Assembly (NCBI GenBank): GCA_963840455.1
Contig: CAWIYV010000011.1
Location: forward strand, 736,001 to 800,000
Direction of reading: 5' to 3'
From: Nitrospirota bacterium
Lineage (GTDB): Bacteria > Nitrospirota > UBA9217
DNA: 64,000 bases
Shown here: piece by piece, positions 38,896 to 49,218 of the stretch
Numbering within the stretch: the first letter of the stretch is position 1
How the letters are laid out: each line of letters begins with the position of its first letter
Made by a program: the position numbers and the translations under genes
Notes under the pieces: model-generated
Database searches by the model: none
Told to the model about the DNA's origin: nothing
Seen by the model: only the letters and a program-made list of their open reading frames with translations

Positions 38896-40269
38896 ATGGA
38901 CAGAACCTCGATTATACAGCTCATCAAGGACCATCGCTCCTACTTCGCGTCCGGCATCACGAAGGATCCGTCCTTCCGCAGGGAGCAGCTCCTGGTCCTT
39001 AAAAAGGCGCTTCTTGCCTGCGAGCACACGCTCTTTCACGCGCTGAAGGAGGACCTGGGCAAGCCGGCCTTCGAAGCCTATGGCGGAGAGACGGCCATTG
39101 TTGTCAATGAGATCGACCATGCACGGAAGCATCTCGTGTGCTGGTCCCGGCCGCGGCGCGTCCGGATGCCGCTGGCGCACTTCCCTGCCCGGGGCTTCGT
39201 GCAGCCTGAACCCTACGGCGTGGCGCTCATCATCGGGCCTTGGAACTTCCCGGTCCAGCTCATGCTGTCGCCCCTCGTCGGCTCCATGGCGGCCGGCAAC
39301 TGTGCGGTGCTCAAGCCGGCCATCAACACACCCCACACCTCGCACATCCTCGCGAAGCTTATCCGGGAAAATTTTGACCCTGCCTATGTGTCCATCGTCG
39401 AAGGCGGGGCCGAGACGGCACAGGAGCTGCTCGCCGAGAGGTTCGATTGTATCTTCTTCACCGGCGGCCCCGCGACCGGGAAGCTCGTCATGGCCGCAGC
39501 GGCGAAGCATCTCACACCGGTGACGCTGGAGCTCGGCGGCAAGAATCCCTGCATCGTGGACGCCGGCACCCACCTGGGCATCACGGCGAGGAGGATCGTG
39601 TGGGGCAAGTTCTTCAATGCGGGCCAGAGCTGCGTGGCCGTGGACTATCTCCTCGTGGACCGGCGCGTCAAGCAGGAGCTGCTGTCACGGATCATCGCCT
39701 GCATCGAGGAATTCTACGGTGAAGACCCCTCCCGGAGCCCGGATTTCGCCCGCATCGTGGACGAAGCGCACTTCGACCGCCTGCTGGCCCTGCTCGGACG
39801 GGGCGATGTCCTCATCGGCGGCGGGTCGGACCGGGCCAGCCGGTACATCGCACCCACGGTGATCGACGGCGTCACCGGCGACGAACCCATCATGGAAGAT
39901 GAGATCTTCGGCCCCCTCCTTCCGGTCATCACCTACGATGATCTGTCCGAGGCGATCGACTTCGTGGCGGCCAGGCCGAAGCCCCTGGCGCTCTATTTCT
40001 TCTCCCGCGACAAGGTCCACCAGGAGAAGGTCCTCCGCGGGACCTCGTCAGGCGGCGGGTGCATCAACGATACGGTCATCCATGAGACCGTCACCAGCCT
40101 GCCCTTCGGCGGCGTGGGCGACAGCGGCATGGGCAAGTACCACGGCAAGGCGAGCTTCGACGCCTTTTCCCACGACCGGAGCATCGTCAGGAACAATTTC
40201 CTCGTCGACATCTTCCTGCGCTACCCGCCCTACCAGGACCACCTCACGTGGCTCAGAAAAATGTTCTGA
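38896..40269 (+). CDS. Aldehyde dehydrogenase (class 3-like)
   Basis: PWNFP, TLELGGKNP, NAGQSC, EIFGP, PFGGVG. Confidence 0.95.
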   Translation: MDRTSIIQLIKDHRSYFASGITKDPSFRREQLLVLKKALLACEHTLFHALKEDLGKPAFEAYGGETAIVVNEIDHARKHLVCWSRPRRVRMPLAHFPARGFVQPEPYGVALIIGPWNFPVQLMLSPLVGSMAAGNCAVLKPAINTPHTSHILAKLIRENFDPAYVSIVEGGAETAQELLAERFDCIFFTGGPATGKLVMAAAAKHLTPVTLELGGKNPCIVDAGTHLGITARRIVWGKFFNAGQSCVAVDYLLVDRRVKQELLSRIIACIEEFYGEDPSRSPDFARIVDEAHFDRLLALLGRGDVLIGGGSDRASRYIAPTVIDGVTGDEPIMEDEIFGPLLPVITYDDLSEAIDFVAARPKPLALYFFSRDKVHQEKVLRGTSSGGGCINDTVIHETVTSLPFGGVGDSGMGKYHGKASFDAFSHDRSIVRNNFLVDIFLRYPPYQDHLTWLRKMF

Positions 40270-40318
40270 TCTGTTGACCGTCCTGCGAAGGGCATGATGT
40301 CTGCTATAATTCTCTCGT

Positions 40319-41113
40319 ATGGAACAGCCGATCATCCAGGTCGATGCGTTCACCAGCAGGCCTTTTTCCGGCAACCCGGCAGCAGTCTGCATCCTCGAGG
40401 AATTGAAGGACGACCCGTGGATGCAGGACATCGCGCGGGAAATGAACCTTTCGGAAACCGCGTTCCTGGTCAAAAGGCCCGAGGGCTTCGACCTCCGCTG
40501 GTTCACGCCCGAGGCCGAAGTGGACCTGTGCGGCCACGCGACGCTTGCGTCGGCCCATATGCTGTGGGAGGACGGCCGCGTTCCTCGCAGCGAAGAGATC
40601 CGGTTCTTCACGAAAAGCGGCAGCCTGACCGCCCGCTGGAAGGACGGCTGGGTCGAGATGGACTTCCCGGCGGAGCCGGAACGGCGTGAAATGCCCCCCC
40701 CTGAGCTTATCACCGCGCTCGGCATCACGCCCCTCTATACCGGTAAGAACCGCTTGAACGACTGGCTCATCGAGATCGAGTCGGAGAAGGTCCTTCGGAG
40801 CCTTACGCCTGATCTCACCCTCTTGACGACCGTTCCCATGCGCGGCGTCATGGTGACCTCGCGATCGATCACGAAGGGTTTTGACTTCCTCTCGCGCTTT
40901 TTCGCCCCCGCCGTCGGCATCAACGAGGACCCCGTCACCGGCTCCGCCCACTGCTGTCTCGGCCCGTACTGGCAGAAACGTCTCAAGCAGTACACCTTCT
41001 ACGCCTATCAGGCCTCACGCCGGGGCGGTGTGGTCCACGTGCGTGTCGCCGCTGACCGTGTTATCCTCTCCGGCCAGGCAGTGACCGTCATGCGGGGCGC
41101 TCTTCTGCTATAA
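40319..41113 (+). CDS. PhzF family epimerase/isomerase
   Basis: VDAFT..GNPAAV, NLSETAF, LCGHATLA, EDPVTGSA. Confidence 0.95.
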   Translation: MEQPIIQVDAFTSRPFSGNPAAVCILEELKDDPWMQDIAREMNLSETAFLVKRPEGFDLRWFTPEAEVDLCGHATLASAHMLWEDGRVPRSEEIRFFTKSGSLTARWKDGWVEMDFPAEPERREMPPPELITALGITPLYTGKNRLNDWLIEIESEKVLRSLTPDLTLLTTVPMRGVMVTSRSITKGFDFLSRFFAPAVGINEDPVTGSAHCCLGPYWQKRLKQYTFYAYQASRRGGVVHVRVAADRVILSGQAVTVMRGALLL

Positions 41114-41149
41114 TAAGGAACCATTACGAGCTGCCGGCGGCAGAGCGCT

Positions 41150-44100
41150 ATGAAAAAAGACCTCCCTCACAAGACGACAGACGGCAAGAAACCCTCCCCG
41201 AAGCGCACGCACCCCGGGACGGATCCCCAGGCAACTCCTGCAGCGAACCTCTTAGATGCACATTACCGGATCCTGTTCGACACCATGTCGCAGGGCGTCA
41301 TCTTCCGCGATGGGGAAGGCAGGATCCTATCTGCTAACCCTGCTGCTGAGCGGATATTGGGCAGGACGCTGAAGGACATGCTCGGCAAGACCAGCGCTGA
41401 AGTGCACACCGAGGCGCTGACGGATGACGGTGCCCCCCTTCCGGCGGGAGCGTTCCCGGCCGACGTCGCCCTGAGGACCGGCCAGCCCAGCACCGGTTTT
41501 GTCATGGCCACACTGAACCCCCGGGAGAACGAATACCGCTGGATCAGCGTCAGCGCCATGCCCATTTTCCACCCCGGCGAAAGCAAACCCTTCCAGGTGT
41601 ACATCCTCTTCGACGATATCACGGAACGCCGGCGCATCGACCAGGAACTCCGGAATGCCCACGATCACCTGGAGCAGGAGGTGCAGGAACGCACCCGGGA
41701 GCTTGCCGGGACCAATGAAGAGCTCTCCGCCCAGATCGCCGTCCGCAAAAGGGTCGAAGGCGCCCTCCGGGAAAGCGAGGAGAAATTCCGACGGCTCGCT
41801 GAGAACGCCGCGGACCTGATCTACGTCTACCGGCTTTTTCCGGAGCGAAAATTCGAGTACGTAAGCCCTTCGGCGACCGACATCACCGGATACACCCCCC
41901 TGGAGCATTATGCGAACCCTGATCTCGGCTTCCAGCTCATCCATGCCGATGACCGGGGCAAGCTCGCCGATATCGCCGCAGGGAAAATGGACCCCCGTCG
42001 TCCGCTCGTGCTCCGCTGGATCAGGAAGGACGGCAGGGTGATCTGGACCGAGCAGCGGAACATTCCTATCATGGATGAGTCCGGCAGGGTCGTCGCCCTG
42101 CAGGGGATCGCCCGGGACATCACTGACCGCGTGAAGATCGAAGAGAAACTTCGGGAGAGCGAGAAGTTCCTCCAAACCGTCATTGACACCGAGCCTGAGT
42201 GCGTGAAGATGCTGGCGAAGGACGGCACGCTGCTCATGATGAACCGTGCAGGACTGGAGATGCTCCAGGCGGAATCGTTCGGCCAGGTCCAGGGCAAATC
42301 GGTATACGACCTGGTCGTCCCTCATTACCGGCGGCAGTTCGCCGCGCTCACGGAGAGCGCGTTCGCCGGGAAGAGCGGGACGCTCGCCTTCGAAGCGGTC
42401 GGGCTCAAGGGACGACCGATCTGGCTGGAGACCCATGCCGTTCCACTCCGTGACGACAAGGACACGATCATCGCCACCCTCGGCATCACGCGCGACATCA
42501 CCGAGCGAAAACGGGCCGAAGAGTCCCTGCGCAGGTCCGAGGCGCTCTATCATGATCTTGTGGAAACGTCCCAGGACCTTATCTGGCAGTGCGACGCCGA
42601 GGGCCGATATACCTATCTCAATCCCGCATGGGAGGCGGTTCTCGGCTACCCGGTCGAAGAAATGCTCGGCAAACGTTTCGCGGATTTCCAGTCCCCGGAG
42701 CAGATGCAGCGGGACATCATCGAGTTCGCGCGGCTGTTGCAGGGGATCTCCGTAAAGGGATACGAGACCGTCCATATCGGTAAGAATGGTCGGAAGGTCC
42801 ATCTGGTCTTCAACGCAAAGTCCATCCGCGACAGCGAAGGTGCGATCACCGGGACCCGCGGTACGGCCTATGACATCACCGACCGGAAAAAGATCGAGAA
42901 CGCCATCAAAGAGCGTGAGTACTGGTTGCGAGAGTCACAGCGGGTCGCGCACCTCGGCTCCTATGTTCTGGACATCCGGTCCGGCACATGGACAAGCTCG
43001 GATATCCTCGACGATATTTTCGGGATCGGGAAAGAGGATGACCGGTCGGTGAACTCATGGAGAGACCTCGTTCACCCCGAGGACCGCAAGCGGATGATGC
43101 AACACTTCGCGGAAGTGGTTGCCGAAAAAAAACGCTTTGACGCCGACTACCGCATCATACGGAAGCGTGATCGCAGGGAACGGTGGGTCTCCGGCCTTGG
43201 CGAGCTGATACTCGATGAGAAGGGCGTTCCGATCAAGATGCTCGGGACGATCCAGGACGTGACCGATCGAAAGCTTGTCGAGCACTCGCTGCTTGCGAGC
43301 GAGCAACGGTACAAACAGCTCCTTGAGTCGGTCACCAACTATATCTATACGGTAACGGTGGAGAACGGCAAGGCCGTTTCCACCGTACATAGTCCCGGCT
43401 GCGTCGCGGTGACGGGATATACGTCCGGCGAGTATGCAGCGGACCCTTTCCTGTGGTACCGCATGGTCCACAACCAGGACAAACAACTGGTCCTGCAGCA
43501 GGCAGAAGACCTGCTCGCGGGCGGACACCCGGGACCGGTCGAACACCGGGTACAGCATAAGAACGGGACCTTTGTCTGGCTTCGCAGCGCGGTCGTCCCG
43601 CACATTGACGATCAGGGCAGGCTGACGTCCTATGACGGTCTCGTCACGGACATCACGGCGCAGAAACGCGCCGAGGAATTTTCGCGGAACATCCTCGAGA
43701 CCGTTGACGAGGGCTTCCTGGTCATCGACCGTGACTACACGGTCATGTCGGTGAACAGAGCGTACTCCCGGCAGGCGGGTATGGATGTGAAGGACATCAT
43801 CGGGAGGAAGTGCTATGAGGTCTCGCACAGGTTATCGCGCCCGTGCTATGAAAAGGGGGAAGAATGCCCTGTTCGCGGCGCCTTCGAGACCAAGACGCCG
43901 CAGACAGTGATCCATACCCATCATGATGCCGAGGGAAGCAGCCTCTTCGTCGAGACAAAAGCGTTCCCGCTCCGGGACGAAGCCGGACGGGTCGTCGCCG
44001 CCATCGAGATCATCCACAATGTCACGGACAGGAAGCACCTCGAGGACCAGCTGCGCCATTCCCAGAAGATGGAGGCCGTGGGGCTCCTCGCGGGCGGCAT

Positions 44101-45211
44101 CTCCCATGACTTCAACAACATCCTTACGGCCATCATCGGTTACGGCAACCTTCTCAAGATGAAGATCCGCGCAGGCGACCCTCTGCATTCGTACGTCGAG
44201 CAGATCCTGGCCTCATCCGCGCGTGCCGCCAATCTCACCCAGAGCCTGCTCGCGTTCAGCAGGAGACAGGTCATCAACCCCCGATCCATTGACCTCAATG
44301 ATTCTATCCGCCGTTTCGAAAAGCTGCTCCACCGGCTCATCGGCGAGGACGTAGAGCTGCAGACCGACCTCGCGCATGCTGAAATGACCGTCCTCGCCGA
44401 TTCCAGCCAGGTCGAACAGGTATTGATGAACCTCGCAACGAACGCCCGGGACGCCATGCCCCACGGCGGCACCCTTACCATACGGACAGAGATCGCCGTG
44501 ATCGACGATGCGTTCTTAAAAACGCATGGATTCGGCAGACCCGGGAACTACATCCGCGTCTCGGTGCGTGACACGGGGTTCGGTATGGACAAAAAGACGC
44601 TTGCGAGGGTCTTTGAGCCTTTTTTCACGACCAAGGAGCTCGGGAAGGGAACCGGCCTGGGCCTTGCCATTGTGTACGGGATCATGAAGCAGAACAACGG
44701 CTACGTCATCGTGGAGAGCGAACCGGGCGGGGGCAGCTGTTTCTTGCTGTATTTTCCGCTCATCGCCACGTCGGCGGAAGCGACAAAGACCGCTGAGCCG
44801 GCACTCACAGACGAAGGTCACGAGACCATCCTGGTTGCCGAGGACGATGTCACGATCCGCCAACTGACAAAGACCATTCTCGAGGAATTCGGCTATGACG
44901 TCATTGAGGCCGTTGACGGCGAGGATGCGGTGCTGAAGTTCCGCGAGAACAAGGAAGGCATAAAGCTCGTGATCCTGGACGTCGTCATGCCGAAGAAGAA
45001 CGGCAAGGAGGCCCGCGACCTTATCGCAGCGCTCAAACCGGATGTCAAGGTCCTCTATATCAGCGGCTACAATGCCGATGTCCTCCTCAGCAAAGGCATC
45101 GACGATACAGCGAACTTCATCCTGAAGCCCGTTTCGCCCATGGACCTTCTGCGCTCCGTGCGCAGGATCATCGACAGCGACGACGGCTCGCTCAAGGCCA
45201 CGTCCCGCTGA
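41150..45211 (+). CDS. Cytoplasmic multi-PAS hybrid histidine kinase/response regulator
   Basis: About 7 PAS/PAC repeats ending DITxRK, HDFNNIL H-box, GKGTGLGL, C-terminal receiver. Confidence 0.95.
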   Translation: MKKDLPHKTTDGKKPSPKRTHPGTDPQATPAANLLDAHYRILFDTMSQGVIFRDGEGRILSANPAAERILGRTLKDMLGKTSAEVHTEALTDDGAPLPAGAFPADVALRTGQPSTGFVMATLNPRENEYRWISVSAMPIFHPGESKPFQVYILFDDITERRRIDQELRNAHDHLEQEVQERTRELAGTNEELSAQIAVRKRVEGALRESEEKFRRLAENAADLIYVYRLFPERKFEYVSPSATDITGYTPLEHYANPDLGFQLIHADDRGKLADIAAGKMDPRRPLVLRWIRKDGRVIWTEQRNIPIMDESGRVVALQGIARDITDRVKIEEKLRESEKFLQTVIDTEPECVKMLAKDGTLLMMNRAGLEMLQAESFGQVQGKSVYDLVVPHYRRQFAALTESAFAGKSGTLAFEAVGLKGRPIWLETHAVPLRDDKDTIIATLGITRDITERKRAEESLRRSEALYHDLVETSQDLIWQCDAEGRYTYLNPAWEAVLGYPVEEMLGKRFADFQSPEQMQRDIIEFARLLQGISVKGYETVHIGKNGRKVHLVFNAKSIRDSEGAITGTRGTAYDITDRKKIENAIKEREYWLRESQRVAHLGSYVLDIRSGTWTSSDILDDIFGIGKEDDRSVNSWRDLVHPEDRKRMMQHFAEVVAEKKRFDADYRIIRKRDRRERWVSGLGELILDEKGVPIKMLGTIQDVTDRKLVEHSLLASEQRYKQLLESVTNYIYTVTVENGKAVSTVHSPGCVAVTGYTSGEYAADPFLWYRMVHNQDKQLVLQQAEDLLAGGHPGPVEHRVQHKNGTFVWLRSAVVPHIDDQGRLTSYDGLVTDITAQKRAEEFSRNILETVDEGFLVIDRDYTVMSVNRAYSRQAGMDVKDIIGRKCYEVSHRLSRPCYEKGEECPVRGAFETKTPQTVIHTHHDAEGSSLFVETKAFPLRDEAGRVVAAIEIIHNVTDRKHLEDQLRHSQKMEAVGLLAGGISHDFNNILTAIIGYGNLLKMKIRAGDPLHSYVEQILASSARAANLTQSLLAFSRRQVINPRSIDLNDSIRRFEKLLHRLIGEDVELQTDLAHAEMTVLADSSQVEQVLMNLATNARDAMPHGGTLTIRTEIAVIDDAFLKTHGFGRPGNYIRVSVRDTGFGMDKKTLARVFEPFFTTKELGKGTGLGLAIVYGIMKQNNGYVIVESEPGGGSCFLLYFPLIATSAEATKTAEPALTDEGHETILVAEDDVTIRQLTKTILEEFGYDVIEAVDGEDAVLKFRENKEGIKLVILDVVMPKKNGKEARDLIAALKPDVKVLYISGYNADVLLSKGIDDTANFILKPVSPMDLLRSVRRIIDSDDGSLKATSR

Positions 45212-45327
45212 ATCCAGGAGCGAGCGCATTCCCCGTAGCTTGCTGCGGTGTTAGCGAGCGATTAGAACAACGTATTATTACCCTGAGGATCGAAGATTCC
45301 CTGCAGCTTGCTGCAGGGAGCTTCAAT
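45209..45327. repeat. Repeat family B full-length copy
   Basis: 119 bp, near-identical to reverse complement of 58049-58165; two GC hairpins. Confidence 0.85.
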
Positions 45328-45398
45328 GCCCGCTTCCGTCCGACCGGTCCCGCAACCCCTCAATCACCGGATATTAATAAAAACGCCCTCAATATTCA

Positions 45399-45479
45399 GT
45401 CATGGTGAGGAGCAGATCGGCGAAGCAATCTCTCCGTAACAGCAAGATTGCCGCGCGCCCTACGGTCGCCCGCAACGAC
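45399..45479. repeat. REP-like element (GTCATTGCGAG...GAAGCAATCT type)
   Basis: gtcatggtgaggag...cgaagcaatct...agattgc...cgcaacgac palindrome. Confidence 0.6.
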
Positions 45480-45557
45480 CGTATAACAATACGTATTTCG
45501 TTTGCCATGATGATACCGCGGATATGGTCTCATCACCTCCTTTGCAGCTGTTTCGGG

Positions 45558-45586
45558 TTGACACCCTTTTTCGGGCATGATAGTGT
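45558..45586 (+). promoter_or_regulatory. Sigma70 promoter close to the start codon
   Basis: TTGACA-17 nt-TAGTGT; start codon ~5 nt downstream (possibly leaderless). Confidence 0.5.
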
Positions 45587-45591
45587 TTCCC

Positions 45592-46449
45592 ATGCTCGCC
45601 TACGTAAACGGCCACTTCGTCCCTCGGGACGAGGCGCGGGTATCGGTCTACGACCACGGGTATCTCTATGGCGACGGCATCTACGAGACCATGCGCGCCT
45701 ATGGGGGCAACATCTTCCTCCTCAACAGGCACCTCTCCCGTCTCAAGCTGTCCGCTGATGCCATTTCGCTGAACCTGCCCCTTCCGCTGGAAAAGATCGG
45801 CAGCACGCTTATCGAATCCCTCACCGTCAACAAACTTCGCGAGGCGTATATACGGATCCAGATCAGCCGGGGCCCCGGCGAGATCGGCCTCGATCCGGCG
45901 CTCTGTCCCGCACCCACCATGGTCATCCTGGTCAAACCGTTCAAGGACTATCCCGCTGAACTTTACGAGAACGGCGTGGCCGTGGCCGTCGTCAAGACCC
46001 GGCGGAACCATCCCCTCGCTCAGGACCCCGCCATCAAAAGCACGAATTTCCTGAACAACATCCTGGCCAAGATCGAGTCCCTGAAGGCCGGCGCCTATGA
46101 AGGCATCATGCTCAACTGGAAGGGATATGTGGCCGAGGGGACCATCAGTAACATATTCACGGTGAAGAAGGGCGTGCTGCACACGCCTCATCTCGATACG
46201 GGCATCCTGGAAGGCATCACGCGCGACCTGGTCCTGTTGCTCGCGAAAAGGAACAAGGTCCGGGTGCAGGAGTCTCTGATGCGGACAAGCGATCTTTACC
46301 GGGCCGACGAGTGTTTCATCACGAACACCACCGTCGAGGTCATGCCGGTGACCTCCGTGGACGGAAACAAGGTCGGCTCGGGAATGCCGGGGCCGATCAC
46401 CAACACGCTCATCAACGCCTATCGGAACGAGGTGCAACGTCATGTTTAA
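45592..46449 (+). CDS. Class IV PLP aminotransferase (IlvE/PabC/Dat family)
   Basis: DHGYLYGDGIYET, IKSTN, EGTISNIF, ILEGITR. Confidence 0.92.
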   Translation: MLAYVNGHFVPRDEARVSVYDHGYLYGDGIYETMRAYGGNIFLLNRHLSRLKLSADAISLNLPLPLEKIGSTLIESLTVNKLREAYIRIQISRGPGEIGLDPALCPAPTMVILVKPFKDYPAELYENGVAVAVVKTRRNHPLAQDPAIKSTNFLNNILAKIESLKAGAYEGIMLNWKGYVAEGTISNIFTVKKGVLHTPHLDTGILEGITRDLVLLLAKRNKVRVQESLMRTSDLYRADECFITNTTVEVMPVTSVDGNKVGSGMPGPITNTLINAYRNEVQRHV

Positions 46450-47116
46450 GGATGCAGGTCAGCTCGCCCAGCTCATCGATCACACGCTCGTCAGGCCCGA
46501 TGCGACGCTGGACGACCTCGCTGCCGCCTGCGCTGACGCGAAGCGTTACCGGTTCGCGGCGCTCATGGTGAACGGCTGGCATGTGGCGCGCGCCAAGGCC
46601 GCCCTTGCCGGAACGGGGGTGAAGGTCGGCGCGGTGGTGGGTTTCCCCCACGGCGCCTGCACGACGACGGTGAAGATCGTGGAAGCCATGGAAGCCATGA
46701 AGAACGGCGCCGAGGAGCTCGACATCGTCGTGAACCTGGGCATGGTGAAGTCGGGCAAGCAGGAGCTCCTTGAGATCGACATCAAGAACGTGGTCGCCAT
46801 GACCAAGGGCGTTGTACACAAGATCATCATCGAGTGCGGCGCCCTGACGCCGGGCGAGATCGCCGACGTGTGCAGGACCGCGGTCCGCGCCGGCACGGAG
46901 TTCATCAAGACCTCGACCGGCTACGGACCCCGAGGCGCCACCGTGGACGACCTTCTCGCCATCCGCGCGGTCGTCGGCTCCACCTGTCGCATAAAGGCTT
47001 CCGGCGGTATCAAGGACCTGGAGACCGTGGAGGCCATGGTCAAGGCGGGCGCTGAGCGCATCGGAACGAGCGCAGGGCCGGCCATCATGGAAGAGTACCT
47101 GAAGAAAAATAGCTAG
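46442..47116 (+). CDS. deoC: Deoxyribose-phosphate aldolase
   Basis: IDHTL, VVGFPHG, FIKTSTG, IKASGGI, RIGTS. Confidence 0.95.
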   Translation: MFKDAGQLAQLIDHTLVRPDATLDDLAAACADAKRYRFAALMVNGWHVARAKAALAGTGVKVGAVVGFPHGACTTTVKIVEAMEAMKNGAEELDIVVNLGMVKSGKQELLEIDIKNVVAMTKGVVHKIIIECGALTPGEIADVCRTAVRAGTEFIKTSTGYGPRGATVDDLLAIRAVVGSTCRIKASGGIKDLETVEAMVKAGAERIGTSAGPAIMEEYLKKNS

Positions 47117-47313
47117 CGCTACTACCCCTCCCTTGCCATACAATAAGCCGGACTGCGAACAGCATGGCCGGTTTATTTTTTTCCTGAGGCTGCGGCTGAC
47201 AGGAGCCGTACGGGCCATCCATTACAAGGCTGGACCGCTCAATTACCGCCGCCGCTCCGCACGGAAGCCGCGCCAAGGCGTGTCCACTGCTCCCGGGACT
47301 TCCCCGTTTTACA

Positions 47314-47343
47314 TTGACACACTGCAAGGGAGTATGATAGATT
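47314..47343 (+). promoter_or_regulatory. Sigma70 promoter
   Basis: TTGACA-18 nt-TAGATT with extended TG. Confidence 0.5.
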
Positions 47344-47388
47344 TTTTGCAAACGCTCGACGCATGCAGCCGGACCCTACGGAGGGAAC

Positions 47389-48096
47389 ATGACCGATAAT
47401 CTCGATGAGCTTTATGAACAGGCCATGGACGCCTTCAATAAGAGCGATTACCTGATCGCCGAGAACCTGTTCCACCGGATCCTGAACATCAATCCCCGGT
47501 TCGCGGACATCCAGAACAAGCTGGGGATCATCTACAACCAGACCAACCGCATGGAGCGCGCGTCCAAGGCCTTCGAGAAGGCGCTCGAGATCAATCCGGG
47601 ATACACCGAGGCCTCCCTTAACCTCGCGATCACCTACAGCGACCTGGGGAAGTATGATCAGGCCCGCGAGGTGTTCGAGCGGGCGGCGAGGATCAGCAAG
47701 GCAGGCAGCAACGAGCTCGACCCTTTCATCAAAGGGAAGCTCGCGAACGAGCACCTGAAGATCGGGTCCATCTACACCGACCTCAAGCTGCTCGATGAGG
47801 CCATTGACGAATACCAGAAGGCCATCCGCCTTGCTCCGAACTTTGCCGACATCATTACCCAGCTCGGGATCGCCTACCGCGAAAAGGGCGAGTACGACGA
47901 GGCCATCAAGCAGTTCAGCCATGCCAAGGAGGTCAATCCCCGCTTCATCCCCGCCCGGGTGCATCTGGGCCTCGCCTATTACTCCCGCGGTTTTTACGGT
48001 CTCGCCGAGGAAGAGTGGCAGGAAGCCCTCAAGATCGACCCCGGCAACGCGGCCGTCAAGACCTATCTCAACTTCGTCAAGCCCCAGCAGTCCTGA
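47389..48096 (+). CDS. TPR-repeat protein
   Basis: Repeated (K)ALEINP/LAPNFAD motifs. Confidence 0.9.
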   Translation: MTDNLDELYEQAMDAFNKSDYLIAENLFHRILNINPRFADIQNKLGIIYNQTNRMERASKAFEKALEINPGYTEASLNLAITYSDLGKYDQAREVFERAARISKAGSNELDPFIKGKLANEHLKIGSIYTDLKLLDEAIDEYQKAIRLAPNFADIITQLGIAYREKGEYDEAIKQFSHAKEVNPRFIPARVHLGLAYYSRGFYGLAEEEWQEALKIDPGNAAVKTYLNFVKPQQS

Positions 48097-48108
48097 GGAG
48101 CAGCCTCC

Positions 48109-49068
48109 GTGCACCTTCTGGAAATAGCGGGCCTCTCCACCAGTTTCACGACGCGCTCGGGTGTCATCCGGGCAGTAGACAATGTGAGCCTCTCGCTGCG
48201 CGCCGGCCGCGTGCTCGGCCTCGTCGGGGAGTCCGGATGCGGCAAGACCATAACCGCCCTCTCCATCCTCAACCTCGTCCCCCCTCCCGGCAGGATCACC
48301 GCCGGAACAATCCTGTTCGAAGGCCGGGACCTGCTCACGCTCTCCGAGGCGGAGATGCGGAAGGTGCGCGGTGCCCGGATCTCCATGGTCTTCCAGGAAC
48401 CGATGACCGCGCTGAACCCGGTGTTCACCGTCGGAAACCAGATCAGCGAGGTCCTCACCACCCACCAGAACATAACTGACCGGGAGGCCCTCGACCGGTC
48501 CGTCGAGCTTCTTCAGTCCGTGGGCATCCCTTCGCCCGAGAAGCGGGTCCACGAATATCCGCATCAGCTCTCGGGCGGTATGCGCCAGCGCGTGATGATC
48601 GCCATGGCCATCGCCTGCCGGCCGTCGCTGGTCCTTGCCGACGAACCCACCACGGCGCTGGACGTCACCATTCAGGCGCACATCCTCGAGCTGCTCACCC
48701 GGATCCAGGCCGAGATGGGCATGGCCATGGTCCTCGTCACGCACGATCTGGGTCTCATTGCCGAACGCGCCCACGAGGTCGCCGTGATGTATGCAGGCAG
48801 GATCGTGGAAAAAGCGGACACGGTGGCGCTCTTCGCGGAGCCGCTGCATCCCTACACGAGGGGCCTGATGGCCTCGATCCCTCGGCCGGGGGAAGGTAGG
48901 CGCAGCCGGCTCAGGACCATCCCGGGCTCGGTGCCGAGGCTCTCGGACCTGCCGCAGGGGTGCACGTTCTCGCCGCGCTGCGACATCAAGATCGCTCAAT
49001 GCGAAACAGAACCAGACCTTGTTGAAGTTAAGCCTGGACATCTGGTGCGATGCTGGAGGGCGACATAG
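48109..49068 (+). CDS. Oligopeptide/dipeptide ABC transporter ATPase (OppD/DppD)
   Basis: [21 protein letters not shown]-terminal Cys cluster. Confidence 0.93.
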   Translation: MHLLEIAGLSTSFTTRSGVIRAVDNVSLSLRAGRVLGLVGESGCGKTITALSILNLVPPPGRITAGTILFEGRDLLTLSEAEMRKVRGARISMVFQEPMTALNPVFTVGNQISEVLTTHQNITDREALDRSVELLQSVGIPSPEKRVHEYPHQLSGGMRQRVMIAMAIACRPSLVLADEPTTALDVTIQAHILELLTRIQAEMGMAMVLVTHDLGLIAERAHEVAVMYAGRIVEKADTVALFAEPLHPYTRGLMASIPRPGEGRRSRLRTIPGSVPRLSDLPQGCTFSPRCDIKIAQCETEPDLVEVKPGHLVRCWRAT

Positions 49069-49218
49069 TTTGACTGAGGAGTCCCGAATGCGGAGTGCGA
49101 AAAAAGACCGGGGATCGCGAAGATCTCACCGATACGTCGCCGTCATTCGTGATATCCGTCCTTTCGTGACAGACCTGTTCTTACGGGTTGCCGCTCTTTC
49201 CGGGGTTGGTTCACTTTG

